DNA from: Coraliomargarita sp.
GTDB taxonomy: Bacteria; Verrucomicrobiota; Verrucomicrobiia; Opitutales; Coraliomargaritaceae
Assembly (NCBI GenBank): GCA_965216325.1
Contig: OZ244160.1
Span: forward strand, 2,848,001-2,912,000
DNA length: 64,000 bases
Direction of reading: 5' to 3'
Part shown: piece by piece, positions 48,292 through 59,986 of the stretch
How positions within the stretch are numbered: the first letter of the stretch is position 1
Layout of the letters: each line of letters opens with the position of its first letter
Made by a program: the position numbers and the translations under genes
The notes under the pieces: generated by a model
Told to the model about the DNA's origin: nothing
The model's input: the letters and a program-made list of their open reading frames with translations, nothing else
Database searches by the model: none

Positions 48292-48772
48292 ATATTTGCG
48301 CAAGAGACAGGCAGGGATATGGTTTTCATCCTTCCCCCAGCGAATCCTGGGGGACGAGTTATTGTAAAGCTGCTCCCGCAACTCATTGCATTTTCGCGTC
48401 AACGAGCAGCATCCCCTTCGAGGTGATTTTCCGCAGGGGAGTTGCCTGAGAGCTCAAGAAGTGGATCAACTAGTTTCTTTTGCCTTCGTTTTATGCTTCG
48501 GTCACAACTTGCGGCCACGCGAACTCTATCATCAATCTGAAATGGGATAGGCTCTAAGTGTCACATCGGGCTTTTTAAGGCACGACTAAATAGACTGCCT
48601 ACCGGTCAAATGCGTAAAGGTTGGAATACTGCCTGTGCTCAACAGATTGTTGACTGGGTTCCAGAGGTGCCCTTTTGTCTGATGTCTCCTGTGTTTGCGG
48701 GATTACGTGTGTATGTCATTCGCATATACTGGTGTATATTGCATTCTGTTTAACTTAGAAAGAACTCCACTA

Positions 48773-50152
48773 TTGAAGAAGCTAATTTTGACTTGGCTGG
48801 CAGCAGCTGTGCTGTTGCCTATTTGCGCGCAGGCGAACGACTCGAAAATGGACTGGTGGCTGGACGGTAAGTTTGGCCTGTTTGTGCACTGGGGGCCATC
48901 GAGTGTGGCAGGGGTCGAAATCAGTTGGGCGCGTCAATCGCACCCCTTTGACCATGAGGGACGCTTGAACCTGGTTCCCGATGAGGAATACGACGCACTC
49001 TATAAGCAGTTCAACCCGGTGAATTTTGATGCCGATGCCATGGCACTTGCAGCTAAACAGGCGGGCATGAAGTATCTGGTCTTCACGGCGAAGCATCACG
49101 ATGGCTTTTCGAATTGGCCGACGGAGCTGTCCGATTACAACATCATGAACACGCCCTATGGTCGTGATATTTGTCAAGAGATTGCGGATGCCTGCCGTAA
49201 ACATGGGCTGAAGTTGGGTTGGTATTACTCGACCCGCGATTGGTATCACCCGGACTACCTCGTGGGGGACAATGAGAAATACAATGATTTCTATCATGGT
49301 CAGATTCGTGAACTGCTGACCAACTATGGCGATGTGGCGGTGCTCTGGTTCGACCATGTTGCCGGGCGCTGGGATCAGTATCGTTTTGAAGAGCTGTTTG
49401 AGATGATCTATGAGCTGCAGCCGAACATCATTGTGAATGATCGTGCGGCTAAGTTTATTTTCAGGCACAAGGCGGGAGCGCCGACACCTGAGTTGGAAGC
49501 GCTCACCCGAGGGGATTTCAAGACACCCGAGGGGAAAATCGGGGTGTTTCATAAGGACTTCCCATGGGAGACCTGCATGCCGATGTCGAAAGGCCCGGAT
49601 GGCCATGGTGGTTGGTCGTATCGCCCGGAAGCCATTACTGCGAGCTTCGAGAAGTGCGCTGAAATGTTGGCGGCCTGTGTCACGGGCTGTGGCAATATGT
49701 TGCTGAATATCGGCCCGATGGCCGATGGTTCGATTCGTCCGTCGGAACTGGAAAATCTTGAAAAGTTTGAGCCATGGATCGCGACCTATGGTGAAAGCAT
49801 TTATGGCACCGAGGGTGGTCCTTACGTCAGTGGCCAATGGGGAGGTTCCTGCATGAAGGGGGATACGCTCTATTTGCACATTTTTCAATGGAATGACGGT
49901 GCACTTCACCTGCCGTCGTTGCCTCGCCGGGTGCTCAGTGCAGAAGAGCTCGGTGGTGAGTCGGTTCAGTTCAGGCAGGGAAGGGCAGGTTTGGTCCTGA
50001 CGCTTGAGGGCGGCAAGCAGCGCGCGCTGCACAGTGTGGTTAAGCTCCAGTTGAAACCGGGTGCGGAGATTGATTTGATTCCTGTCGAAGGTTGGCAGCC
50101 GAAGGAGCAACATGGGGGGCTGGTGAACCCCATGAAGGACGCTAAAAAGTAG
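48773..50152 (+). CDS. Alpha-L-fucosidase, GH29
   Basis: KFGLFVHWG, TAKHHDGF, LWFD, LLNIGP; signal peptide; TTG start inferred. Confidence 0.92.
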   Translation: MKKLILTWLAAAVLLPICAQANDSKMDWWLDGKFGLFVHWGPSSVAGVEISWARQSHPFDHEGRLNLVPDEEYDALYKQFNPVNFDADAMALAAKQAGMKYLVFTAKHHDGFSNWPTELSDYNIMNTPYGRDICQEIADACRKHGLKLGWYYSTRDWYHPDYLVGDNEKYNDFYHGQIRELLTNYGDVAVLWFDHVAGRWDQYRFEELFEMIYELQPNIIVNDRAAKFIFRHKAGAPTPELEALTRGDFKTPEGKIGVFHKDFPWETCMPMSKGPDGHGGWSYRPEAITASFEKCAEMLAACVTGCGNMLLNIGPMADGSIRPSELENLEKFEPWIATYGESIYGTEGGPYVSGQWGGSCMKGDTLYLHIFQWNDGALHLPSLPRRVLSAEELGGESVQFRQGRAGLVLTLEGGKQRALHSVVKLQLKPGAEIDLIPVEGWQPKEQHGGLVNPMKDAKK

Positions 50153-50497
50153 CGGTTCGATTGAGTTTTGTCGCGGGGCACTCGCTGAGTGCGCTGCTTT
50201 TCTATGAAGTGGAGAGCAATGCTCCGTCATTGCTGCTACCGAGCCGAGGCGCACATCATCGTCTGGCAACGACGGAGCGTTGCCCTCCAGTCTTATACCA
50301 TTTTGAATCAAATGTGGGCGGATCATACCCCTGCGTCGTAGCCAGCGAAGCCCCCCCTTAACTGCGGAGGAGTTTTCTTCTCATTTAAGCTCCCTCCGCT
50401 GAGGAGGCGTGAATCGCAAGCCCTGAGCTTGTCGAGGGTGGGAAGCGAGACCGGGGGGGGAGCCGGATTCAACCTATTGCGAATCAGTATTATCTAT

Positions 50498-51910
50498 ATG
50501 TCATTTCTAAGAGCCTGCCTTTCTTTGTTCGCCGTGATCGGTCCCGTTGCTGCACTGCCTGCGACTGCGGAACCGGATGAGCGTCCCAACATCCTGTTTA
50601 TTTTTGCCGATGACTGGGGCTGGGGCGACTTGAGTTGCCATGGGCATCCGTATGTGAAGACGCCAAATATTGATCGTCTCGCACACGAAGGCACCGACTA
50701 TCATCATTTCACGGTCGCGAGTGGGGTTTGCTCTCCAAGTCGGGCAGCAGTGATGACAGGGCACTTTCCGGCGCGTTACAGCATCGACGGGCACTTTGCC
50801 TGGGTACCGGATAATGCGCGTCGTGGCATGCCGGATTGGCTGTCATTGGACGCACCCTTGTTACCGCGCATGCTGCAGGAAGGTGGCTATGCGACTGCGC
50901 ACTATGGCAAGTGGCACTTGGCGAACGATATGATTCCGGACTCTCCGTTGCCGGGCTTGTATGGCTACGACCACTACGGTGCGTTTAATTGTGCGGGTGA
51001 GCAGATGCCGTTTCATGAGGATGCGCTCAATACGATTCAGTTTATTGAGCAGGCGCATGCCGCGGGGAAGCCTTTTTTTGTGAACTTGTGGATCCACGAG
51101 CCGCATACACCCTTTCATGTTTTGCCCAAGTATCGCTGGCGATTTCCGGAGCTGGAACCTGCAGACAATATCTATGCTGCGACCTTGGCGCATGCGGATG
51201 CGCGCATCGGTGAGGTCTTGGATGCCTTGGATCGCCTGGGAGTGAGTGAAAACACGCTGGTGATTTTTAGTTCGGATAACGGACCTGCCCGTGCGGCCGG
51301 GCCTACGGAGTTGAAATTGAGCTACGACACGGCGACTGGTGCGGGCTTCGGTATCGGTGCTGCGAAGGGGCTCACTGCCGGACGCAAGGCATACAAAGGC
51401 TCTCTGTTTGAGGGGGGGATTAATGTGCCATTTATAGTCCGTTGGCCGGGGAAGGTTGCTGCGGGTGAAGTGGATGCAGTCTCGATGCTCTCAGCGGTAG
51501 ACTTGCTGCCGACCTTTTGTGAGCTCGCACAGGTGGATTTGCCGAATGCTTATGAGCCGGATGGCTTGAGCCAGGTTTCTGTGCTGATGGGCGAGCGCAA
51601 GCCTTTGCGCGAAAAGCCCTTATTTTGGAAGATGGATGCTGCGTGGCCCGCGGCTGATGCGCGCCCGGACCACTGGGCTGCTTATGCGATTGTTGTGCAA
51701 GAGTGGAAGCTGCTGACCAATACGGACGGTCGCTATGTTGAACTGTATCGTATTGCTGAAGATCCCTATGAGTCGAATGATTTGAAGGAAGCTTATCCGG
51801 AGGTCGTTGCTAGCTTGCAAGCGCAGTTGAAGGCGTGGCAGCAGTCGCTTCCGGGGGAGCCTACCGGCAATGTGTTCTCTGCGGAGCGACACTCTGTTAA
51901 ACTACCATGA
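50498..51910 (+). CDS. Sulfatase (S1 family)
   Basis: PNILFIFADD, CSPSRA, GKWHL, SDNG. Confidence 0.93.
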   Translation: MSFLRACLSLFAVIGPVAALPATAEPDERPNILFIFADDWGWGDLSCHGHPYVKTPNIDRLAHEGTDYHHFTVASGVCSPSRAAVMTGHFPARYSIDGHFAWVPDNARRGMPDWLSLDAPLLPRMLQEGGYATAHYGKWHLANDMIPDSPLPGLYGYDHYGAFNCAGEQMPFHEDALNTIQFIEQAHAAGKPFFVNLWIHEPHTPFHVLPKYRWRFPELEPADNIYAATLAHADARIGEVLDALDRLGVSENTLVIFSSDNGPARAAGPTELKLSYDTATGAGFGIGAAKGLTAGRKAYKGSLFEGGINVPFIVRWPGKVAAGEVDAVSMLSAVDLLPTFCELAQVDLPNAYEPDGLSQVSVLMGERKPLREKPLFWKMDAAWPAADARPDHWAAYAIVVQEWKLLTNTDGRYVELYRIAEDPYESNDLKEAYPEVVASLQAQLKAWQQSLPGEPTGNVFSAERHSVKLP

Positions 51911-52089
51911 CCGAGGCCGGAGCATGTTTGATTTTTGAGAAGGCGATTCTGTGCGCAGGAGGGCCGCAAGGAGTGCCTTTGGGGAGCTGGACAGGTGGAC
52001 TGTGGGGGTGATACGGATCTAATCGGTTAACATGCAAAAGTTGTTGCCATTCCGCTGATACTATTAACATTTTGACGTAAAATTGTTTT

Positions 52090-53646
52090 ATGAAAGTGAC
52101 TACGCATCTATTTCTGTCTGCATCCTGTTTGTTGGGTGCACTTGTTTCCGTGACTGCTGAAGCGGCGTCGGAGCAGCCGAACATTCTTTTCATTCTGGCG
52201 GATGACCAAGGCTATGGTGATATCCAGCGTCATGGGCACCCGTATCTGCAGACGCCGAATTTGAATCGTTTGTATGACTAGAGTGTGCGGATGGATAACT
52301 TTTATGTGAGTCCATCCTGTTCGCCGACGCGTGCGGCGCTGATGACGGGCATGCACGAGTTTCGCAATGGTGTGACGCATACCTTGATTCCTCGTGAGCA
52401 TCTACATATCGATGCCACGACTTTTCCGCAGTTGCTGCAAAATGCTGGTTATTTCACTGGCTTTATCGGTAAATGGCATTTGGGAGATGGGAAAGGCTAC
52501 TCACCACAGTTTCGTGGTTTTGACTGGTGCTCGACCAATACTCAGGGGCCGCGCAAGCACTTTGATGTAGAGATTGTGCGCAACAACAAGCGGATCCAGA
52601 CCCAGGGCTACCGCGAGGATGTTTATGTGGATGAAGCCTTTGCGTTTATCGAAGACAGTGGTGATCAGCCGTTCTTTCTGTATTTTTCTACATACTCACC
52701 GCATACGCCGTTGGCTGCACCGGAATCCTATATCAAGCCCTTCAAAGATGCAGGCTTGAACGATACCCATGCGACTTACTTGGCAATGATTGAGAATGTA
52801 GACTACAATGTCGGTCGTCTTTTGGACTATTTGGAGGACAAGGGCATTGCTGACAACACGATCGTGATCTTCATGAACGACAATGGTGTCACTGAAGGTT
52901 TGGATGTCTACAATGCGGGGATGCGGGGATGTAAAGCGACGGCATGGCAGGGTGGTTCGCGTGCGATGTCTTTCTGGCGTTGGCCGGGAAAGTGGCAGCC
53001 TTACACTTCAGATAATCTCTCAGCGCATTTGGATGTCTTACCCACGCTGTGTGAGGTAGCCGGAGCGAGGATCCCGGAGGACTTACAAGCTGATCTAGAG
53101 GGCTATAGTTTACTGCCTGTGCTGGAAGCGGGAGAGCCGATTAGTTGGCATGATGATCGCTTGCTCTATCATCATGTTGGGCGTTGGCCGAGTGGTTTGG
53201 CCGAGTCGCATAAATACGCGATGGTGAGTGTGCGTCGTGGCAAATACCTACTGGTGCGTAGCAATGCCTGTGGTGATCCGAAGTGTGAGGAATTTATGAG
53301 TCAGTGCACGACTATGCGTGCGGTGGAGAAGGGGTTAACTACAACGACGTATGCCTATGGCACCGCGCAGGAGCATTGGGCTTTGTATAATGTGGAAGAG
53401 GACCCCGCTTGTCAGAAAGACCTCGCGCGCTCGTTACCGGAATTGGCTGCAAGCTTAGTCTCGGCGTATGATCGTTGGTGGGATGGAATGTATCCCACCA
53501 TGCTTGCAAACGGTGGTGATTCCGGTGATCCATGGGCGAGTGCCAAAGCTTCGAAGAAGGCGCGTTCCTGGAAGGGACCGACTTCAGACACGGAAGCTGC
53601 TAAAGCTAAGGTAGAAGCGACAGAGGGCACGGCCAACGAAGAGTGA
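52090..53646 (+). pseudogene. Sulfatase interrupted by in-frame TAG (52279-52281)
   Basis: PNILFILADDQG...TPNLNRLYD*SVRMDNFYVSPSCSPTR all in one frame. Confidence 0.88.
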
Positions 53647-53686
53647 GCCATTGCTGTGTTTGAATTTTAAGTATTTTGAAAGGGCT

Positions 53687-55467
53687 ATGGATTCAAATTT
53701 ACAGTTTAAATGTCGCTGTGCAGCCATCGGCAGTCTATGTGTGACTGCGAGTCTGGTATCTTACGCAGATACGGCTCAGGTGTTTAATACGATGGACCGG
53801 AACCAAGACGGGCAGGTGACGGACGGGGAGTTTTGGACTTTCTGGAACAACAAGTTCAATGAGCGTGATAAGGATGGCGATGGTCGATTGAGCCAGTCTG
53901 AAGTGGGGGAGAGGCATCAGAGAAATGCCGACGTTAACCAGGATGGCTATGTGAGTCTGGCAGAGGAAAAGCGTTTCCGTATGGGTCATTTTGAAACGAT
54001 GGATACCAATCAGGATGGTGTGCTTCGCTTGGCTGAGATGCAGGGGGGATCCAGTGCTCGAACGCCAACGCAGAACCATCAGACTAAATTGCACGGACAG
54101 ATGGATCGCAATCAGGATGGAGTGCTTTTTGGGGCAGAAGTGAGTGCGATGGCCTTGGCGCAAGCGGATACGAATGGCGATGGGAAGGTCTCATTTGCGG
54201 AGGATCAGGCGATGCGTCGAGTGCACTTTAATTCGTTAGATAAGAATGGAGATGGGCGTGTCACATTGCAGGAAATGCAGGGCAATGCTCCGTCACCGAA
54301 GACAGTTATGGGAGAGCGGGATTTTTCGGCAGAGTTGGCTGCGTTTGAAGCACTGGCTGGACTCACGGATGCGCCAGCGGTTTGGTCTGCCGAGTCGGCG
54401 GATGCGACCGAGTCGTTGGCGGCGATTTATTATGATGCGCTGGAATGGAAGGGCAAGCCGACTAAAGTGTATGCATGGCTGGGGCTGCCCAAGAACGTCA
54501 AAGGCAAAGTACCCGGAGTGGTCCTAGTGCATGGTGGTGGCGGCACCGCTTACAAGGAGTGGGTCGAACGTTGGAATGAGCGTGGCTATGCTGCGATCAG
54601 TATTGCGGTCGAAGGGCAAACGGACGTGAAAGACAACAGTGCCTCGCGGCATAGCCCGTGGGAGCGGCATGAGTGGGCTGGCCCGCAACGCTCAGGCATT
54701 TACCATGATTCGAAACTGCCGTTTGAGGAGCAGTGGATGTACCATGCGGTGGCTGATACGATTTTGGCCAATTCGCTGCTGCGTTCTTTTCCGGAGGTCG
54801 ATTCTGAACGGATCGGTATTATGGGTATTTCATGGGGGGGGTGATTACCAGCACCGTGATCGGTATTGATCCCCGCTTTGCATTTGCCATTCCGGTGTAT
54901 GGTTGTGGCAGCTTGGCGACGGCTCCGAATCAATATGGAAAGTCTTTGGGTTCCAATGCGCTCTATCAGCAAGTGTATGATCCTGCCCTTCGCTTGAATC
55001 GCGCATCCGTGCCGACCTTATGGCTGTCGTGGGCGGGTGAAAGTCATTTCCCTTTGGATGCGCAGCAGCGTAGTTATGCGCTTCAGCCTGGTCAATATAT
55101 GGTATCCTTGGTTCCTGATATGGGGCACGGTCACGGTTCGGGGTGGATCCGCCCTGAAAGCTATGCCTTTGCGGATAGCGTGCTCAATGGCGACATGTGG
55201 TGCCGGCAGTTGAGCTCATATCTGCAAGGCCCTGCGCTGCGGGTGGACTTCACTGCCACGAAGCCGATTACCCAGGCTACACTTTGGTGGACCCGGGATA
55301 CGGGAGCAACCGGTGAGCGGGAGTGGCATTCTCTGCCTGCGACGGTTTCGCGTCGGCAAGGCAACTGGGTCGCTAAAGCATCCCTACCGGATGAGGCGAC
55401 TGCATGCTTCGTCAATGTTGAGTCCGGTCGACTGATTGCGACTTCGGACTACATGGAGCTGAAATAG
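53687..55467 (+). pseudogene. Multi-EF-hand + alpha/beta-hydrolase esterase, frameshifted at G8 (54834-54841)
   Basis: Seven DxNxDG/DxDxDG loops; VLVHGGGG; GISWGG nucleophile elbow continuing as GGVITS in another frame. Confidence 0.8.
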
Positions 55468-55602
55468 CTGCCAGAGCGATGGCATCCGGAGACTGGCTAT
55501 CCCGTGCATACGGGATGGATGGAAGTGGATTGCCTGCTACAATAATCACAAAGTAATCCTAGACTTAGGTTTGGTTGCTATTAACAATCTTACCTCATAG
55601 CT

Positions 55603-57459
55603 ATGTATTCACTGCAATTAATTGATTACCTCGTAATTCTTGGAGTTCTGCTCTCACTCATAGGCGTTGGCCTGTATTTTACCAAAAAGGGAGGCGAGGA
55701 TATGGACTCGTTCTTCGTGTCGGGACGCTCGTTACCGTGGTATATTGGAGGTACTTCTATGATCGCGACGAGCTTCGCTGCAGATACGCCACTGTGGGTG
55801 AGCGCATTGGTGCGTAGCCATGGGGTGCACTACATTTGGCAGTTCTGGGCGCCTTTGATTGGCTCGGCGCTGGCAGTGGTCTATTTTGGCCGTAAATGGC
55901 GTCGTATGGCCTTTGTGACGGATATTGAATTTATGGAGGCCCGCTATGGCGGCACGCCGGCGAAGGCGCTGCGTGGTTGGTCCGGTGCTTGGGGCGCATT
56001 GATTATCTGCCCGCTGATTTCTGCCTGGGTGATTAAAGCGATGGAGACCATCGGTCGTGAAGCGGTTGGTCTGCCACCTGAATCTCAAGTGACGGTCACG
56101 ATTGCCGTGGTCGCAGTGGCGATCCTGATGTGTGGCCTTTCGGGCTTGTTCGGGGTTGTCTATACCGACTTTATTCAGTTCTTACTTGCGACGCTGGGCA
56201 CCTTGACTTTGGCGATTCTGGCGGTGAATGAGGTCGGTGGATTGGCGGTGTTGATCGAAAAGCTCAAGGTGATGGAGCTTTGGGGCGGCAAGGAACTCAG
56301 TATTGCACCACAAGTCGGCGGCGATGCGGGGCAGATGTCGGTCTGGAATGCGATTGGTTATTTTGGCTTTCTGTGGATCGGTGTTGGCTTGAGCGGTGCC
56401 TATCAAGCACAGCGCTTGCTTGCGAGTAAGGACGCTAAGCACGCGAGTTATGCGCAGCTGTTACACACGATTGTGTACTACGCGCTCATGGCATGGCCAT
56501 GGATCATTGTGGCGCTGTGCTCTTTGGTCCTGATCCCAGAGTTGGATACGACAGATCAAAGTGCGGCCTATCCGCGCATGATCGTTATGATTTTGCCAAT
56601 CGGTTTACGGGGCCTTCTGGTTGCCGCTCTGCTTGCAGCATTCATTTCGACAATCAGCACCCTGTTCAACTGGGGCTCCTCCTATTTGGTGAACGATATC
56701 TATCGTCGCTTCCTTAATCCGAATGCGACTGAACGGAATTACGTCTTGATTGCACGTGTCGCGACCTTCTTGATGGCGGTTGCCGGTGCATACATTTCGA
56801 TTCAAGCGGAGAACATTCAACAGCTGTTGACCTTGGCCTATGTGCTCGGTTCTGCCGGTGTGGTGCCGGGTGTCTTGCGTTGGCTCTGGTGGCGCACGAC
56901 CGGTAAGGGGGAATTGATTGCATTGGTCGTTGGCTGGATCATGACCATCTTGCTGGTCTTCGTGAATGCATTCGATGGGCCCGCGTTCGCATGGTTTGGA
57001 ATGGAGGATTTCAGCTCTAACCCGGATCTCGTCGGAGCACGTATGTTGCTGATGGTCGTGAGCGTTGGCGCTGCAGTCGTCATCGGTTCGCTGCTGACCA
57101 AGCCGGAAGAAATGGAGCAGCTGAAGCACTTTGCCTACCGTGCGCGCCCCTTCGCCTTCGGTTGGAAGCCTGTCATCCGCGAAATGAATGTCGTCTACGT
57201 TGAGCAGGAGCCGCTTGGGCGCACACTCTGCTCATGGGCCATCGCGATGACTGCGGTGATCGGCATTCTTGTCGGCGTCGGTAAGCTTCTTCTTGGTGAG
57301 CCAGTCTTCGGATTGGTGATGCTGGTGATTGGTGGCGTGGCACTGCGAGTGACGCTGCTACGTATCCGCCAAGACACCAAGGACGATGTGAACCAACCTG
57401 ACTTTTTGGAAGAACTTGAAGAAGAGGTGAAGCATCCAAGGGCATCCGCTTCGGAATAA
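55603..57459 (+). CDS. Sodium:solute symporter family protein
   Basis: FFVSGRSLPW, SMIATSFAADTP, GVVYTDFIQF, AAFISTIST. Confidence 0.92.
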   Translation: MYSLQLIDYLVILGVLLSLIGVGLYFTKKGGEDMDSFFVSGRSLPWYIGGTSMIATSFAADTPLWVSALVRSHGVHYIWQFWAPLIGSALAVVYFGRKWRRMAFVTDIEFMEARYGGTPAKALRGWSGAWGALIICPLISAWVIKAMETIGREAVGLPPESQVTVTIAVVAVAILMCGLSGLFGVVYTDFIQFLLATLGTLTLAILAVNEVGGLAVLIEKLKVMELWGGKELSIAPQVGGDAGQMSVWNAIGYFGFLWIGVGLSGAYQAQRLLASKDAKHASYAQLLHTIVYYALMAWPWIIVALCSLVLIPELDTTDQSAAYPRMIVMILPIGLRGLLVAALLAAFISTISTLFNWGSSYLVNDIYRRFLNPNATERNYVLIARVATFLMAVAGAYISIQAENIQQLLTLAYVLGSAGVVPGVLRWLWWRTTGKGELIALVVGWIMTILLVFVNAFDGPAFAWFGMEDFSSNPDLVGARMLLMVVSVGAAVVIGSLLTKPEEMEQLKHFAYRARPFAFGWKPVIREMNVVYVEQEPLGRTLCSWAIAMTAVIGILVGVGKLLLGEPVFGLVMLVIGGVALRVTLLRIRQDTKDDVNQPDFLEELEEEVKHPRASASE

Positions 57460-57481
57460 AGCCCTAAGATTTTTGAGAGAA

Positions 57482-59941
57482 ATGAACTTAAAGACATATC
57501 ATACTGAGTTTAGTGAGCAGTCATCTGTATTGCAGATGGCTCAGCCTGCAGGCTGGTGGCGTGATGCCTGGCCACTGGGGAATGGTCGCCTGGGAGCGAT
57601 GCCCTATGGTCGCTTGTGCGAAGAGCGCATCCTGATTAACCATGAGCGCCTCTGGTATGGCGGTATTATTCCCGATCTACCGGATATCTCCGACTTATTA
57701 CCGAAGTGCCGCGAGTTGATTGAGCAAGGTGAGCAGCTCAAGGCGAACGAACTCTACTGGGATGCTTTGAAAGAGCAGGGCAAAGAAGGTCGTTGTGCGG
57801 TCTACCATCCAGCTGCGGACCTTTGCTTTAGCTCGATCTCGCAGTCCTGCTTTAAGAATTATCAGCGTTACCTGAGCCTACGTGATGCCGAAGCGCTCAC
57901 TTATTGGGAGTGGGATGCACAGCCACAGATTCGCCGCAGCTTTGTCTCGCGTGCGGATGATTGCATCGTTGTGGAACAGCAGGGGACTGGCCTCGCGGCT
58001 CAGGATTGGGAGTTGAAACTCGAACTTCACGAAATGCTGGATGCGATTCGTTTCGACGGTGAGCTGTTTGAGCCGGAAATCGACTTTAAGGCCTCGGCCG
58101 ATGGTGAATGGCTCGTCGGCCTGGGGCGCTATACCGATCCAGTCTATGACAATGCCGAGTATGGTATTGTGGCACGTGTGCTGACTGACGGTGCGGCTGC
58201 ATCTGTTGTAGTGAAGGACAGTTCATTTGTGCTTTCCGGTGCGGAGTCGGTCCTGGTTGTCGCAAAGGTCTTTGTTTATGAAGACTCGGCGGCTGCAGTG
58301 GATCGCTTGAAGGCGGAGATCCTTGAGCTGGGTGGCGACTACGCGAAGCTGCAGCAACGTCATGTAGCTGAGTTCCGTCCACGCTACGATGCGTGCACGG
58401 TCGAATTCGACAATGCGGATGCGACGGCACACACGAACGAGCAACTATTGCTGAATGCTTACTCCGGGAATGTTCCGGTAGAACTCTTGCAGAAGATGCT
58501 CAACTATGGCCGCTATCTGTTGCTCAATAGTTCTGATGAGACTTCAGTTCCCTCCAACTTGCAGGGGATTTGGAATGGTGATTACGCCCCGCCTTGGGAC
58601 TGTTTCTTCATGATCAATGAAAACTTGCTCATGAACTACTGGCAGGCCTTGCCTGGTGGTATGACGCACGAGGCGCTTGGTGTGTTTGAATTCTATGAGT
58701 CCAACTTGAAGGACTATCAGGAGAATGCAAAAAAGCTCTATGGTTGCCGCGGTATCTTTATTCCTGCGCTGACTTCGCCTGAAACTGGGCTTTCAACGCA
58801 CGGTGGCTCTTGGATCGTAAATTGGATCTCGGGTGCAGGCTGGCTCTGCCAACTGTTCTACGATTATTACCTCTTTACTCGTGATGAGGCATTCTTGCGT
58901 GACCGTCTCTTGCCGTTCATGCGTGAAGTTGCGCTCTTCTATGAAGATTACTTCAGTTTTGATGCTGCGGGCAAGGTGGTGATCTCACCATCAACTTCAC
59001 CTGAGAACTGGCCGAAGGAAGCGTGCGCGATTAAGTCGCCCACTGCGATTCATCCACGACTGACGGTGAATGCGACAATGGACGTTGCGATTGCACGCGA
59101 GTTGCTGTCGAACCTCCTGTCCGGTTGCCGCCAGTTTGAGCTGTTTGCGGAGTCTTACGAGCGCTGGGAATGCATTCTTGAAGGCCTGCCTGGTTATGAG
59201 GTGAATGAAGATGGTGCGATCCGTGAATGGTTGGATCATCGCTTCTCCGACAACTACGAGCACCGCCACTTGTCACACATTTATCCCGTGTTCCCTGGCT
59301 TTGAAGTCACTGAGGAGTCGCATCCGTCGCTGTATCCAGCGTTTAAGACTGCGGTTGCGAAGCGTGGCACGGTGGGCTTGAAGGATCAAACTGGTTGGTC
59401 GCTCTCACACATGTCCAATATTCTTGCTCGCATGGGGGAGGGGGCACAGGCCTTTGAGTGTTTGGAAATTCTAATGCAGACCTGTGTCGGCAAAAACTTC
59501 TTTACTTACCACAATGACTACCGCGGTTCAGGGGTATCCGTTGATTGGTATTTCGGGCGTTCCACTCCATTTCAGATTGATGCCAATATGGGTTTCACTT
59601 CTGCGGTTTATGAGATGCTGGTGCAGTCTGATCCACAGCGTATTAAGTTGTTGCCTGCGCTGCCTGCGCAGTTGCCTGCAGGAAGTGTTCAGGGGATGCG
59701 TACTCGTGCTGCAGTGACCGTAGATATGGCATGGCAGTTTGAGCCATACGAACTTGATTGCAGCTTTACATCGGCTGTGGATCAAACAGTTCTGGTCCAG
59801 CTGCCGGACGCTGCCAGCTTGGATGCAGGTGAGGGCGTGCGTTCTGTTAACGAGCGTTGCTACGAACTCGAACTGAAAGCTGGTGTCTCGGTAGAGGTGA
59901 AGTGGGCGTTGCCTCAGCAGAAAACTGCGACTCAGGTTTGA
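57482..59941 (+). CDS. Alpha-1,2-L-fucosidase-like, GH95
   Basis: PLGNGRLGAM, YGRYLL, NLQGIWN, MNYW, HRHLSH, FQIDAN. Confidence 0.92.
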   Translation: MNLKTYHTEFSEQSSVLQMAQPAGWWRDAWPLGNGRLGAMPYGRLCEERILINHERLWYGGIIPDLPDISDLLPKCRELIEQGEQLKANELYWDALKEQGKEGRCAVYHPAADLCFSSISQSCFKNYQRYLSLRDAEALTYWEWDAQPQIRRSFVSRADDCIVVEQQGTGLAAQDWELKLELHEMLDAIRFDGELFEPEIDFKASADGEWLVGLGRYTDPVYDNAEYGIVARVLTDGAAASVVVKDSSFVLSGAESVLVVAKVFVYEDSAAAVDRLKAEILELGGDYAKLQQRHVAEFRPRYDACTVEFDNADATAHTNEQLLLNAYSGNVPVELLQKMLNYGRYLLLNSSDETSVPSNLQGIWNGDYAPPWDCFFMINENLLMNYWQALPGGMTHEALGVFEFYESNLKDYQENAKKLYGCRGIFIPALTSPETGLSTHGGSWIVNWISGAGWLCQLFYDYYLFTRDEAFLRDRLLPFMREVALFYEDYFSFDAAGKVVISPSTSPENWPKEACAIKSPTAIHPRLTVNATMDVAIARELLSNLLSGCRQFELFAESYERWECILEGLPGYEVNEDGAIREWLDHRFSDNYEHRHLSHIYPVFPGFEVTEESHPSLYPAFKTAVAKRGTVGLKDQTGWSLSHMSNILARMGEGAQAFECLEILMQTCVGKNFFTYHNDYRGSGVSVDWYFGRSTPFQIDANMGFTSAVYEMLVQSDPQRIKLLPALPAQLPAGSVQGMRTRAAVTVDMAWQFEPYELDCSFTSAVDQTVLVQLPDAASLDAGEGVRSVNERCYELELKAGVSVEVKWALPQQKTATQV

Positions 59942-59986
59942 TCCACTCGATTAACGAAATCTCTTCCACCTACCAATACTTCCCGT

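Noticed and set aside
52279..52281. Stop-codon reassignment or pyrrolysine readthrough
   Set aside because: TAG ends many normal genes here, a TAA nonsense codon also occurs, and the region is visibly decaying.
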